NCBI GenBank assembly: GCA_016931155.1 | Contig: JAFGFJ010000001.1 | Coordinates: 7,050-71,049, forward strand | Reading direction: 5' to 3' | Length of the DNA stretch: 64,000 nt | Source of the DNA: Candidatus Dojkabacteria bacterium | Lineage (GTDB): Bacteria; Patescibacteriota; Dojkabacteria; B142; JAFGFJ01 | Part shown: positions 47,478 through 56,466 of the stretch, piece by piece | Numbering within the stretch: position 1 is the stretch's first letter | How the letters are laid out: the number at the start of each line of letters is the position of its first letter | The notes under the pieces: model-generated | What the model was told of the DNA's origin: nothing | Seen by the model: the letters and a program-made list of their open reading frames with translations, nothing else | Databases searched by the model: none | Made by a program: the position numbers and the translations under genes

Positions 47478-48203
47478 ATGCAAATCGAAGGCCGAAACCC
47501 TGTTCTTGAAAGCCTACTCTCAAAAAGAGAGTTCAGCTTTTTAAAAATTCAAAAGGGAATAAAGATTGACGTTAAACTCAAGCGCATCCTGGATCTTGCC
47601 AGATCAAAAAGGATAAGAATCGAAGAAATGGATCGCAAGAAATTAGATAAAATGAGCGAAACAGGTTCTCATCAAGGAGTTATCGGGATAGTAAGAGAAA
47701 GAAAAACAAAAACATTTAGTGAGCTTATTAAATTGATCGACGAAAGAAAAGAGACACCTTTTCTGGTTTACGTTCGTGAAGCTCTTTATGAATTCAATCT
47801 TGGGGCAGTAATCAGAACTGCAGAATGTGCAGGTATGCAGGGAGTTATTGTGCCACCAAATCGGGATATTACTCCACAAATTGTCAGAGCCTCCATGGGA
47901 GCAAGTGAGCATATCCAAATCGTCAAGGGAAGTCTTTTTCAGATTATAAAGGAAGCAAAAGAATATGCTATAAGGGTTATCGGTATTGAACTTAGTGGAG
48001 AAAAAAATGTTTACGAAGCCGATTTAACTGGTCCGATTTTATTCGTTGTGGGCGGGGAAGATAAAAGCCTGAGCACAGAGGTAGGAAAAAAAGTTGACGA
48101 AGTAGTAAAAATTCCGATGAGAGGAAAAGTAAATTCACTAAATATGAGCGTAGCAGCGGCAGTTGTAATTTATGAGAAATTAAGGCAGGAAATATCTAGC
48201 TGA
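47478..48203 (+). CDS. rlmB: SpoU/TrmH-family RNA 2'-O-methyltransferase (RlmB-like)
   Basis: N-terminal L30e-like substrate-binding domain. SPOUT motifs (GSHQGVIG, NLGAVIRTAECAGMQGVIV, LFVVGGEDKSLS, NSLNMSVAAAVVIYE). Confidence 0.75.
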   Translation: MQIEGRNPVLESLLSKREFSFLKIQKGIKIDVKLKRILDLARSKRIRIEEMDRKKLDKMSETGSHQGVIGIVRERKTKTFSELIKLIDERKETPFLVYVREALYEFNLGAVIRTAECAGMQGVIVPPNRDITPQIVRASMGASEHIQIVKGSLFQIIKEAKEYAIRVIGIELSGEKNVYEADLTGPILFVVGGEDKSLSTEVGKKVDEVVKIPMRGKVNSLNMSVAAAVVIYEKLRQEISS

Positions 48204-48429
48204 ACTAGCTTACAGAACAATAGACTTACCACTACACCTTTCTCTAATCTAATAATAAGGTAACTCATTTCAGCCTGATGATTCCAAAAATGTTTTATAA
48301 AATACTTTACTATCTCAATCCGAATCTATATAATTAACTCTCTTTATTTTTCCCGCAAAGTTTTTACTAATTATTTAAGTAGCCTTTGCAGGTCTCAATA
48401 AGGTAGAATCAGGCAGTTAAAGTAACGAA

Positions 48430-48600
48430 ATGGCAAAAAAAGGAAATAGAATAATAATTTCACTTAAGTGCAGTGTTTGTAATTCAAAAAATTACACTGT
48501 TACAAAAAACAGAATAAATACTCAGGAAAAACTTGAGCTGAAGAAGTTCTGCCCGCACTGTAAAAAAGCGACAGCACATAATGAAACCAAAATAGTATAA
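48430..48600 (+). CDS. rpmG: 50S ribosomal protein L33 (56 aa; below the ORF-track cutoff)
   Basis: Manual translation: [56 protein letters not shown]. Has the C4 zinc ribbon and sits in the conserved position before tRNA-Trp/secE/nusG. Confidence 0.85.
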   Translation: MAKKGNRIIISLKCSVCNSKNYTVTKNRINTQEKLELKKFCPHCKKATAHNETKIV

Positions 48601-48808
48601 AGGCAGGTAGGATCGGGGTTATTGGGGTCAGGCGAGAACAAAAATATGTTGCTGACAGGATGTTTTTGAGAGTCATAGTGTTAATGCTTAATGAGCAATT
48701 AACGAGACAAACGAAGGGATGTCAAGATCATGCGAATTAGTCTCGATGAGTCTGTAAATCGAGATCAGCAGATACTCAATCAATAGGATTGAGGATCGAA
48801 GACATTGG

Positions 48809-48880
48809 AGGGCCATAGTGTTAATGGTAGCACAACGGTCTCCAAAACCGTTAGTAGAGGTTCAAATCCTCTTGGCCCTG
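48809..48880 (+). tRNA. tRNA-Trp (anticodon CCA); no encoded 3' CCA
   Basis: Manual fold: acceptor AGGGCCA/TGGCCCT, anticodon stem ACGGT/ACCGT, loop CTCCAAA, T-loop TTCAAAT. The anticodon is CCA rather than UCA, so there is no UGA suppression. Confidence 0.8.
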
Positions 48881-49003
48881 TTCTGATTAAAGTCTGGATT
48901 TTGCCAGCGAAATAGCAAAACCATTAATAGAATAAGTTCCAGCAAATTAGAAAGTGCTGAAATTTAATATTTTTTGATATAATTAATTTTTCTTGATAAG
49001 ATC

Positions 49004-49321
49004 ATGAATGTTCAAGAATTGTTACAGAACGCAGGGGTAAGAATTGGAGCATGGGTAATAGGAGTTCTTCTTGCATTTAATCTCCTTTTGATCCTTATAA
49101 ACGTTATTTTTAGAAAAAATAAGGACGGGATTTTTGGAATACAGAATGCAGCAAAGGAATATGCCAAAAGCGTACTTGGAGAGCTAAAACTTGTTGAATG
49201 GCTCGGCAGGAAGGATACAGTCAGGTACACCGTAATTGTTGTGGTTGCTTCTATTATTCTCGGAGGGTTCATTGCTCTTCTTGACTATTTGTTCTTTAAA
49301 CTTAGAGCATTCATAATATAG
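49004..49321 (+). CDS. secE: Preprotein translocase subunit SecE (two-TM form)
   Basis: C-terminal region AKEYAKSVLGELKLVEWLGRKDTVRYTVIVVVASIILGGFIALLD matches the SecE consensus. Immediately upstream of nusG. Confidence 0.75.
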   Translation: MNVQELLQNAGVRIGAWVIGVLLAFNLLLILINVIFRKNKDGIFGIQNAAKEYAKSVLGELKLVEWLGRKDTVRYTVIVVVASIILGGFIALLDYLFFKLRAFII

Positions 49322-49336
49322 ATCTAAGAATCAATT

Positions 49337-50092
49337 TTGATGGCAGACAATAATAAACCGAAAAAGAATCCTGTTGGAAAACAAAAGACAAAGAGTGAGG
49401 ATGTTGTTATAAGCGAGAATGCGAATATGAAAGAAATACCTGAGAATCCAACTGGAAAAACAATCAAACAAAAAGCTAAAGCCAGAGCTGAAGCCGAGAA
49501 AATGAGTAAAGAAGTAGAAAAAACAGAGACTGCTGAGAAAAAAGAAAAGAAGCCAAAAAAAACGAATCCAGATGCAAAATGGTACGTTTTAAATACATAT
49601 TCAGGACACGAAAAGAAGGTTGCACAGCTCATTGATCAACGAGTTAAAGCAAATGAACTTGAGAATAAAATTCTGGAAGTAATGGTTCCCACCCAGGAGA
49701 AAATCCTTGTAAGCGAAGGAAAGAAAAAGACACTTGAGGAAAAAATATTTCCCGGGTATGTCCTTGTTCAAATGGTAATGAATGATGACACATGGTATCT
49801 AATCCGAAATACCGAAGGGGTTACTGGGTTTGTTGGAACACAGCGAAAACCAACCCCCCTTACTGAAGAAGAGGTAAAAGGAATTCTGGCGTTCTCTGAG
49901 CTTCAGCAGCCATCATTTCAGGCATCATTTGCCGTTGACGACCCTGTTAAAGTTACTGACGGTCCATTCAAAGATTTTGTCGGTACTATTTCTGAAATAA
50001 ATGAAGATAAAGGACAGGTCAAAGTTCTTCTTTCAGTATTTGGAAGAGAAACTCCTGTTGTTCTAGACTTTCTACAAGTTTCTAAATTATAA
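49337..50092 (+). CDS. nusG: Transcription termination/antitermination factor NusG with a ~70-aa Lys/Glu-rich N-terminal extension
   Basis: NGN domain (KWYVLNTYSGHEKKVAQLI...FPGYVLVQM), KOW domain (VKVTDGPFKDFVGTISEINEDKGQVKVLLSVFGRETPV). Confidence 0.85.
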   Translation: MMADNNKPKKNPVGKQKTKSEDVVISENANMKEIPENPTGKTIKQKAKARAEAEKMSKEVEKTETAEKKEKKPKKTNPDAKWYVLNTYSGHEKKVAQLIDQRVKANELENKILEVMVPTQEKILVSEGKKKTLEEKIFPGYVLVQMVMNDDTWYLIRNTEGVTGFVGTQRKPTPLTEEEVKGILAFSELQQPSFQASFAVDDPVKVTDGPFKDFVGTISEINEDKGQVKVLLSVFGRETPVVLDFLQVSKL

Positions 50093-50101
50093 GATTATAA
50101 A

Positions 50102-50527
50102 ATGGCAAAACCAATAAAAGCAAAAATTAAATTACAGATAGAAGGAGGAAAAGCAGTCCCAGGGCAAAAGCTTGGCCCTACACTTGGACAGCACGGCGTT
50201 CCTATAGGTGACTTTGTAAACAGATTCAATGAAATGACAAAGGATAAAATGGGAACAATTATCCCATGTATTCTTACTGTTTATGAGGACAGAACCTTTT
50301 CCATTGAGCTTAAAAGCCCTCCTGCAGCCAACCTCATTGCAAAGGCAATAGGGTTGAAAAAAGGCTCAGATACACCAAACAAAAAGAAAGTCGGGAAAAT
50401 CTCAAGAAAACAACTTGAGGAAATTGCAAAAGTGAAAATGGCCGACCTGAATACCAACAATCTTGATTCTGCCACTAAGATTATTGAAGGAACAGCAGTC
50501 AGTATGGGACTCGAAATTAATGATTAA
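50102..50527 (+). CDS. rplK: 50S ribosomal protein L11
   Basis: L11 consensus (KIKLQIEGGKAVPGQKLGPTLGQHGV...); conserved position. Confidence 0.85.
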   Translation: MAKPIKAKIKLQIEGGKAVPGQKLGPTLGQHGVPIGDFVNRFNEMTKDKMGTIIPCILTVYEDRTFSIELKSPPAANLIAKAIGLKKGSDTPNKKKVGKISRKQLEEIAKVKMADLNTNNLDSATKIIEGTAVSMGLEIND

Positions 50528-50536
50528 AAAAATACC

Positions 50537-51226
50537 ATGAAAAGAGGTAAAAAATACAACGAAGTAACGAAAAGTTTTGATAAAACAAAGAAGTATTCTT
50601 TGGACGAAGCATCAAAACTTCTTCCAGGACTTTCAATAAGCAAATTTGAAGGATCTATCGAGATCCATCTCACAATTGACGCCAAAAGCAAGAAGAAGGA
50701 ATGTACTGTAAGAGGAAGTATCACTCTACCACATCAAACTGGTGCTTCAAAAAAGGTTGCTGTAATTGCCGAATCGAAAGATCAGAAGAAAGCAACAGAT
50801 GCTGGAGCGGACAAAGTCGGGCTTGATGACTTGATCAAGGAAATAGAAGGCGGAAAAATTGATTTTGACGTCTTAATTGCAACTCCAGAAGTCATGCCGA
50901 GAATTGCATCTCTTGGACGAGTACTCGGACCAAAAGGCCTTCTTCCAAATCCAAAAAACCAAACAGTAACTACCGATATTGAAAGAGTTGTGAAAAGTTA
51001 TAAAGCAGGAAAGCTGGATTTCAAAATGGATGAAGCGTTTGGGATTCACGCAAAAATCGGAAGAACTAGGATGACCCCTGAGCAGATAAAAGATAATTTA
51101 TCCTCATTTTTAAAAGCTGTTTTAAATGAGGCAAAAATCATTTCCCCTACCCCATTTAAGTCTGTAGTAGTGAGTCCAAGCATGGGACCAGGAGTGAAAA
51201 TAGAAACAAAGGAATTTACTTTATAG
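50537..51226 (+). CDS. rplA: 50S ribosomal protein L1
   Basis: L1 consensus (KFEGSIEIHLTIDAKSKKK..., VAVIAESKDQKKATDAGAD, GPKGLLPNPKN). Confidence 0.85.
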   Translation: MKRGKKYNEVTKSFDKTKKYSLDEASKLLPGLSISKFEGSIEIHLTIDAKSKKKECTVRGSITLPHQTGASKKVAVIAESKDQKKATDAGADKVGLDDLIKEIEGGKIDFDVLIATPEVMPRIASLGRVLGPKGLLPNPKNQTVTTDIERVVKSYKAGKLDFKMDEAFGIHAKIGRTRMTPEQIKDNLSSFLKAVLNEAKIISPTPFKSVVVSPSMGPGVKIETKEFTL

Positions 51227-51278
51227 AAGTAGTTTCAGTGAACTGGTTCAGAATACCTCAAAATATCCATTCAACTCA

Positions 51279-51893
51279 CTATGGTTCTATATCTAGTAGA
51301 TTTTCAAGAAGAGACAATTGCTCAGCCAGTGAACTACTATACTTTTCCTCAATTGATTTACTCAACACTTTACAAAGCTCCTCAGCCGATACTTCTCTGT
51401 AAAAACAGTATTCTTCTTTTACACGCATAGAAGGAATATATGCATAACTCATATTTCCTTTTTCATCCCTAAGTTCTAACATAGCTGAATTGTATTGAGG
51501 TTCCTGCCCAGTGAGGCGTGAGGCTAAATCAGTCAAGTAAAGCCTGGGATGCTCCCCAATATCTCTCCCACTCCCATTTGTATCTTCTCTTGTTATTTGT
51601 ATTTCGATTAGCCCAGGTAAACCATCATTGAGATACAAACTGATAAATGCACCTGGAAAAGAGGCAGAAACAGGTTTACATTTTTTAACCGTATGATTTC
51701 TGATACTTATTGCATTAATTTCTAATCCTCCAGAGACTTGATATGAATCTGGATCTAAATCTGGTTCTGAACTATTGTTTTCTCCGAAAAAGCAAGCACT
51801 TATCACCACAGGAGGTTTAAAATATTTTGTTGTTATACCAAAATCATCTATTGTTCTATAACCTTCTTTTGTGCCATTTATTTGATCCTTCAT
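51279..51893 (-). CDS. Hypothetical protein encoded antisense between rplA and rplJ
   Basis: 204-aa ORF with protein-like composition. It occupies the position where an rplJ leader/promoter normally lies. No motif was identified. Confidence 0.4.
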   Translation of the reverse strand: MKDQINGTKEGYRTIDDFGITTKYFKPPVVISACFFGENNSSEPDLDPDSYQVSGGLEINAISIRNHTVKKCKPVSASFPGAFISLYLNDGLPGLIEIQITREDTNGSGRDIGEHPRLYLTDLASRLTGQEPQYNSAMLELRDEKGNMSYAYIPSMRVKEEYCFYREVSAEELCKVLSKSIEEKYSSSLAEQLSLLENLLDIEP

Positions 51894-52172
51894 AATATCT
51901 CGCTAATAATTTTTCAAAATAATAGAAAAATAAACAACCATATTTTTAATTACCAGTGGGTAAAAATTCCTTTGTCACTGAGTGTGGAGAGGATGTTATA
52001 AAAAACAACACCAATTTGTCAACTGTTTTTGACTTTTCCCTCCTCTTGTATTACAATCATCCAGTCAAAGACAACGAGTGCAATTTGAGTCGGATAGATT
52101 CTGCTCAAGAGCTTAATATCTCGTCGAGACCAAGCAAAATTAAACTCTGAATTCGTTCTTAGTTTTTTATAG

Positions 52173-52199
52173 CCGTCTCGAGACGGTTTTTTCTTTTTT
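52173..52199 (+). terminator. Intrinsic-terminator-like hairpin (CCGTCTCGAGACGG) plus T-tract, 28 nt upstream of the rplJ start. Candidate L10-leader attenuator.
   Basis: Seen in sequence: agccgtctcgagacggttttttctttttt. Confidence 0.55.
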
Positions 52200-52227
52200 A
52201 AAGAACCAATTTTTTTAGCGAAATAAA

Positions 52228-52752
52228 ATGGCAAAAACAAAAGATGAGAAAAAACAGAGCGTGGCAGAATATAGAGACAGACTCAGGTTATCAAAGGCAG
52301 TATATTTGATCGAGCCGAAAGGTATAACACCAAATGAAGCAACAGAGCTTAAAAAAGCTTTGTTTAATCTTAATTCGCAGTTTAATGTTGTGAAAAATTC
52401 TCTTTTCAAACTTGCTTTGAAAGACGAAGGGATGGATCTAGATGAGGATCTTCTTGATGGACCAAACGCAGCAGTTTTTACCTCGGAACAAAGTTTAAGC
52501 GAAGCGGCAAAAATTATTTCTAAATTTATAAAAGATTCCGAAAAAGGAGAAATAAAAGGTGGGATATTGGACGGGAAATTTGTATCAAAAGATCAGGTCG
52601 AGGCTCTTGCCAATCTGCCTTCAAGAGAGCAGTTGCTCGCACAGGTAGTTGGAACAATGTACGCACCTGTTTCCGGTTTTGTAAATGTTCTTGCCGGAAA
52701 TATTAGAAGTATTCTTTATGTGCTCAATGCTGTAAAAGAGCAGAAAGCATAA
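52228..52752 (+). CDS. rplJ: 50S ribosomal protein L10
   Basis: L10 consensus and position upstream of rplL. Confidence 0.8.
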   Translation: MAKTKDEKKQSVAEYRDRLRLSKAVYLIEPKGITPNEATELKKALFNLNSQFNVVKNSLFKLALKDEGMDLDEDLLDGPNAAVFTSEQSLSEAAKIISKFIKDSEKGEIKGGILDGKFVSKDQVEALANLPSREQLLAQVVGTMYAPVSGFVNVLAGNIRSILYVLNAVKEQKA

Positions 52753-52798
52753 TTTGTCCCAATAAACCGGACAAAATTTTATTTATTATTTAATTAAA

Positions 52799-53272
52799 AT
52801 GTCAGACGAAGCAAAAAAGACCGAAGCCGCAGAAGCAAAGGCTGAAGCTAAAGCCGAGGCAAAGGAAGAAAAGAAAGACACAGTTGAGCTGAAAGGTGAT
52901 CAAAAAAAGATTGCCGAGATGATCGAAAAGATGTCTGTTCTTGAGCTTTCCGAGCTTGTAAAAGCTCTTGAAGATAAGTTTGGTGTTTCTGCAGCAGCAC
53001 CCGCAGCTATGATGGCTATGCCTGCAGCAGGAGGAGAGACAGAGAAGCCAGAAGAAGAAAAGACAATCTTTGATATTATTCTTCAAGAAGCTGGAAGCAA
53101 TATGATTGCAGTAATAAAAGCTGTCAAGAACGCAACCGGACTTGGACTTAAGGAGGCAAAGGATCTTGTAGAAGGAGCACCTAAACCTGTAAAGGAAGGA
53201 GCACCTAAGGAAGAAGCTGAAGCTCTAAAGAAAGAATTGGAAGAGGCTGGGGCAAAGGTAGAATTGAAATAA
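52799..53272 (+). CDS. rplL: 50S ribosomal protein L7/L12
   Basis: N-terminal dimerisation helix, Ala/Glu-rich hinge, and C-terminal domain ([21 protein letters not shown]...[10 protein letters not shown]). Confidence 0.9.
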   Translation: MSDEAKKTEAAEAKAEAKAEAKEEKKDTVELKGDQKKIAEMIEKMSVLELSELVKALEDKFGVSAAAPAAMMAMPAAGGETEKPEEEKTIFDIILQEAGSNMIAVIKAVKNATGLGLKEAKDLVEGAPKPVKEGAPKEEAEALKKELEEAGAKVELK

Positions 53273-53302
53273 GCCTACCAAGCAATAAGCTAAAAAACAG
53301 AA

Positions 53303-53336
53303 CCCTGATGTACAAAGCGTCAGGGTTTTTTGTTTC
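53303..53336 (+). terminator. Rho-independent terminator downstream of rplL
   Basis: aaccctgatgtacaaagcgtcagggttttttgtttctt: a 7-bp GC-containing stem plus a U-tract. Confidence 0.65.
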
Positions 53337-53388
53337 TTCTCTTGACTCCAAAATTAAACTATAATCTTTGAGAAATTAAATTACATCT

Positions 53389-54093
53389 ATGAAAGAAATC
53401 ACGTTGTTCCTTTTAGAAAACGGTGTTAGAGAGGAAACCTTGATACTGCTTTTGATGCTTCCGATTATAAGTACAGTTATAGGATTTGGCAGGCATTTCG
53501 TCGGGATAAGAACAATTGGAATATACACCGCAATCGTCCTGACTTATGCTTTCTATCTACTGGGCATCACTGAGACTAACGGACCAAGCAATATTCTTCT
53601 GGGAATGAGACTCGGAATCGGCATAACGGTTGCAGTATATGCCATTGCTTCCATTGGACAGCTAATGACAAAAAAAATCAGGCTTCATTATCAACCAAAG
53701 CTTGCAATTATTATCTCAATAATTGCAATACTTGCATTTATTGCTCTACTTCTTTTTGCAAAATTTGGACAAGTGACTATTACAAGAGTAAATGCTATAG
53801 CAATTATTTTAATAGTAACAACATCTGAACAGTTTATAAGCAGTTTTGTTAAGAAAAATTTTTCCTCTGCGGTGCTTTTAAGCTTTGAGACAATGATAGT
53901 TTCTCTGATTTGTTATTCTCTGATTTCATGGCCAAGCCTCCAAAATTTCATACTTACCTACCCTATCGTTGCTACTCTGGCAATCCCTTTCAATCTGATT
54001 ATAGGCAAATTCACAGGACTTAGACTTAAAGAACACCTGCGCTTCAGAGATTTACTAAATAATAATGAGCCTGGCAACGATTCTCAACAATAG
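53389..54093 (+). CDS. Seven-TM membrane protein, first gene of the ATP-grasp island. Resembles the 7TM module that accompanies RimK-related ligase systems.
   Basis: Seven hydrophobic helices are predicted by eye and there is no soluble domain. Its stop overlaps the start of the next gene by 29 nt. Confidence 0.55.
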   Translation: MKEITLFLLENGVREETLILLLMLPIISTVIGFGRHFVGIRTIGIYTAIVLTYAFYLLGITETNGPSNILLGMRLGIGITVAVYAIASIGQLMTKKIRLHYQPKLAIIISIIAILAFIALLLFAKFGQVTITRVNAIAIILIVTTSEQFISSFVKKNFSSAVLLSFETMIVSLICYSLISWPSLQNFILTYPIVATLAIPFNLIIGKFTGLRLKEHLRFRDLLNNNEPGNDSQQ

Positions 54094-55516
54094 AAAAAAA
54101 ATTCTCGGTCTAAACGAGAGGAACCTTAAGTATATCCGACCTTTCAATAAAAAAAAGGCTAAATTGATTGCGGATAATAAGCTCCTTACCAAGAAATATC
54201 TGGAGAAGGCAGGAATCCCTATTCCGAAACTTCTGGCAGTCATTAAAAATGAAGAAGAGCTTGAAAATTTCGATTGGGATTCACTGCCAAAAAGCTTTGT
54301 TGTAAAGCCTGTTATGGGACATGAAGGAGGCGGAATAGAAATTTTTTACAACAAAGATAACAAGGGAAGATGGATAAGGGCGGACAAAAGTAAAGTAAAT
54401 CTGTCGGAGCTTAAGGCATACATCTTTGACATTCTGGATGGGAAATACTCATTGCACAATACACCAGATATGGCCTTTTTCGAAGAAAGAGTAAAACTAC
54501 ATAAAAGATTTAGATACCACACCTACAAAGGAGCCCCGGATGTTCGCATAAATATCTTCAATAATATTCCTATCATGGCATATATCAGGTTTCCAACAAG
54601 AGAATCCCGGGGAAAAGCGAATATGGCAATGGGAGCAATTGGTACAGGAATAGATATGGCTAGCGGAGTTACCACCACTTCAGTTTACGGAAAAGGGAGT
54701 GGAGGAAGAGGAACACCGATTGAATGTGTACCTGGTACGAAAATCAGGCTTGCAGGACTTAAGATTCCTTATTGGAATAAAATGCTGCGTTATGCCATTG
54801 AAGTTCAAAAAATTACAAAACTGGGTTATGCCGCAGTCGACTTTCTTTTGGACAGGGATCTTGGACCACTTGTAGTTGAAATAAATGCCCGCCCGGGTCT
54901 TTCCGGGCAGATTGCAAATCAAGATGGACTTGCCTGGAGGCTCAAAAAAGTCGCAGGACTCAAAATAAAGACCGTAGAGAAAGGTGTGAGACTGGCAAAA
55001 GATCTTTTTGGAGGCGAAATTGAAGAGGAAATCGAAAGTATCTCGGGAAAAGAAGTAATAGGGATTTATGAGACCGTCATACTCATAGGAAAAGAAGGTA
55101 AAGAGCTCGAGAGAAAAGCAAAGATAGATACAGGAGCTGATAGTACTTCTATTGATATAGAACTGATAAAACAGCTTGGATATGAAGATCTGGTGAAAGA
55201 GATTGAGTCTAAAGCTATTCCAGATAATATGAATAGAGACGAAGGACTTGAGCTTGCCAGAAAACTTGAGGCAGATCTTTTGCCGAAATATCCAGAAATT
55301 GCTTATCTGGCATATATAAAGTCCAGTCATGGGACAAGTGTAAGACCGAGTATAAAGATTTCTTTAAGGCTGGGAGATACACAGTTTGAAACTACGGCAA
55401 CAATTTATGATAGAAGTAAATTAACCTACCCCGTAATCGTAGGGAGAAAGTCTCTTTCAAGGTTCTTGGTCGATCCAACAAAAACTCGACCCTTCAGCGG
55501 AGAACAAAAAAAATAA
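54065..55516 (+). CDS. ATP-grasp ligase (RimK-related / sugar-transfer-associated type) fused to a C-terminal retropepsin-like aspartic peptidase domain (DTGA)
   Basis: ATP-grasp motifs FVVKPVMGHEGGGIEIF, DVRINIF and AAVDFLLDRDLGPLVVEINARPGLSG. The C-terminal ~150 aa carry KIDTGADSTSIDIEL (a clan AA D-T-G-A active-site signature) and ...VIVGRKSL. Confidence 0.65.
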   Translation: MSLATILNNRKKILGLNERNLKYIRPFNKKKAKLIADNKLLTKKYLEKAGIPIPKLLAVIKNEEELENFDWDSLPKSFVVKPVMGHEGGGIEIFYNKDNKGRWIRADKSKVNLSELKAYIFDILDGKYSLHNTPDMAFFEERVKLHKRFRYHTYKGAPDVRINIFNNIPIMAYIRFPTRESRGKANMAMGAIGTGIDMASGVTTTSVYGKGSGGRGTPIECVPGTKIRLAGLKIPYWNKMLRYAIEVQKITKLGYAAVDFLLDRDLGPLVVEINARPGLSGQIANQDGLAWRLKKVAGLKIKTVEKGVRLAKDLFGGEIEEEIESISGKEVIGIYETVILIGKEGKELERKAKIDTGADSTSIDIELIKQLGYEDLVKEIESKAIPDNMNRDEGLELARKLEADLLPKYPEIAYLAYIKSSHGTSVRPSIKISLRLGDTQFETTATIYDRSKLTYPVIVGRKSLSRFLVDPTKTRPFSGEQKK

Positions 55517-55534
55517 TTTTTATAGAGATATAGG

Positions 55535-56443
55535 ATGGTTTCGAATTTATTGTTTATTACATCAACCCTAAAATACAATACATATACCGACAGACAGTTT
55601 TTGACTGAGGCAAAAAATCTGGGGTTAAATGTACTTGCCCTCAACCCAAACGCATTTTCTTATTCAGTGAATAGATCAAATAATTTCATAATATGGAACA
55701 AGGATAAAGAGTTTCATGTACCTCTAGATTCAATAGTCTACAGAAAGTCTATAAGTAAAGCTGGAGTTGGTTTAGAAGATATTCTAAAAAGGTATGGAGC
55801 AACTGGATTTGAAGAAAATCATACTAAGAAAAAAATCAAAGGTATGGAGAAATTTAGTGACTATGTAGCATATGCGGAGGATAATGTAAAAATTCCAAAC
55901 TCATATCTATTAACTAATAAGAATCAAACCACTTATGCAATAGATTATTTTGATGGAAAGTTTCCATTAATAGTGAAAAAAATATCTGGTACCCACGGTA
56001 TTGGAATATTTGTTGCAGAAAGCAAAAGGGCACTTTTACCAATTGTGGAATATCTATTGAATGAAGGAGAACAATCTCCAATAATCATTCAAGAATTCAT
56101 TGAAGCTTCAGAGGGGAAAGACATAAGAATTATTGTTTTGGATGGAAAAGTAGTCAGTGCAGTATTAAGAGATAATACGGGCAAAGACTTTAGATCAAAT
56201 ATTTATCAAGGAGCAAGTCCCAAGCTTATTGAACTCACCCCAGAACAGGAAAAGATAGCTATAAATGCCGCAAAGGCAGTAGGGTTAGAATTTGCCGGTG
56301 TAGATGTGCTTTATGCCAATGAAGGATACGCAATTACTGAGGTCAACTCGCCATGTGATTTTAGTTTTGTTGAACAGACAACAAAGGTTCCCGTAACAAA
56401 AATGCTGATCGAGTATTTAATTAACAAGGCTTCAAATAAATAA
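55535..56443 (+). CDS. rimK: RimK-family alpha-L-glutamate ligase-like ATP-grasp enzyme
   Basis: PLIVKKISGTHGIGIFV, DIRIIVLDGKVV and RSNIYQGASPKLIELTPEQEKIAINAAKAVGLEFAGVDVLYANEGYAITEVNSPCDF are collinear with the RimK C-terminal signature. Confidence 0.7.
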   Translation: MVSNLLFITSTLKYNTYTDRQFLTEAKNLGLNVLALNPNAFSYSVNRSNNFIIWNKDKEFHVPLDSIVYRKSISKAGVGLEDILKRYGATGFEENHTKKKIKGMEKFSDYVAYAEDNVKIPNSYLLTNKNQTTYAIDYFDGKFPLIVKKISGTHGIGIFVAESKRALLPIVEYLLNEGEQSPIIIQEFIEASEGKDIRIIVLDGKVVSAVLRDNTGKDFRSNIYQGASPKLIELTPEQEKIAINAAKAVGLEFAGVDVLYANEGYAITEVNSPCDFSFVEQTTKVPVTKMLIEYLINKASNK

Positions 56444-56466
56444 TTTACGTTGAGAATAATCACGAC

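Noticed and set aside
53342-53365. TTGACT ... TATAAT promoter upstream of the 7TM gene
   Set aside because: The spacer between the two hexamers is only 12 nt, which is incompatible with a sigma-70-type promoter. It is probably coincidental in AT-rich DNA.
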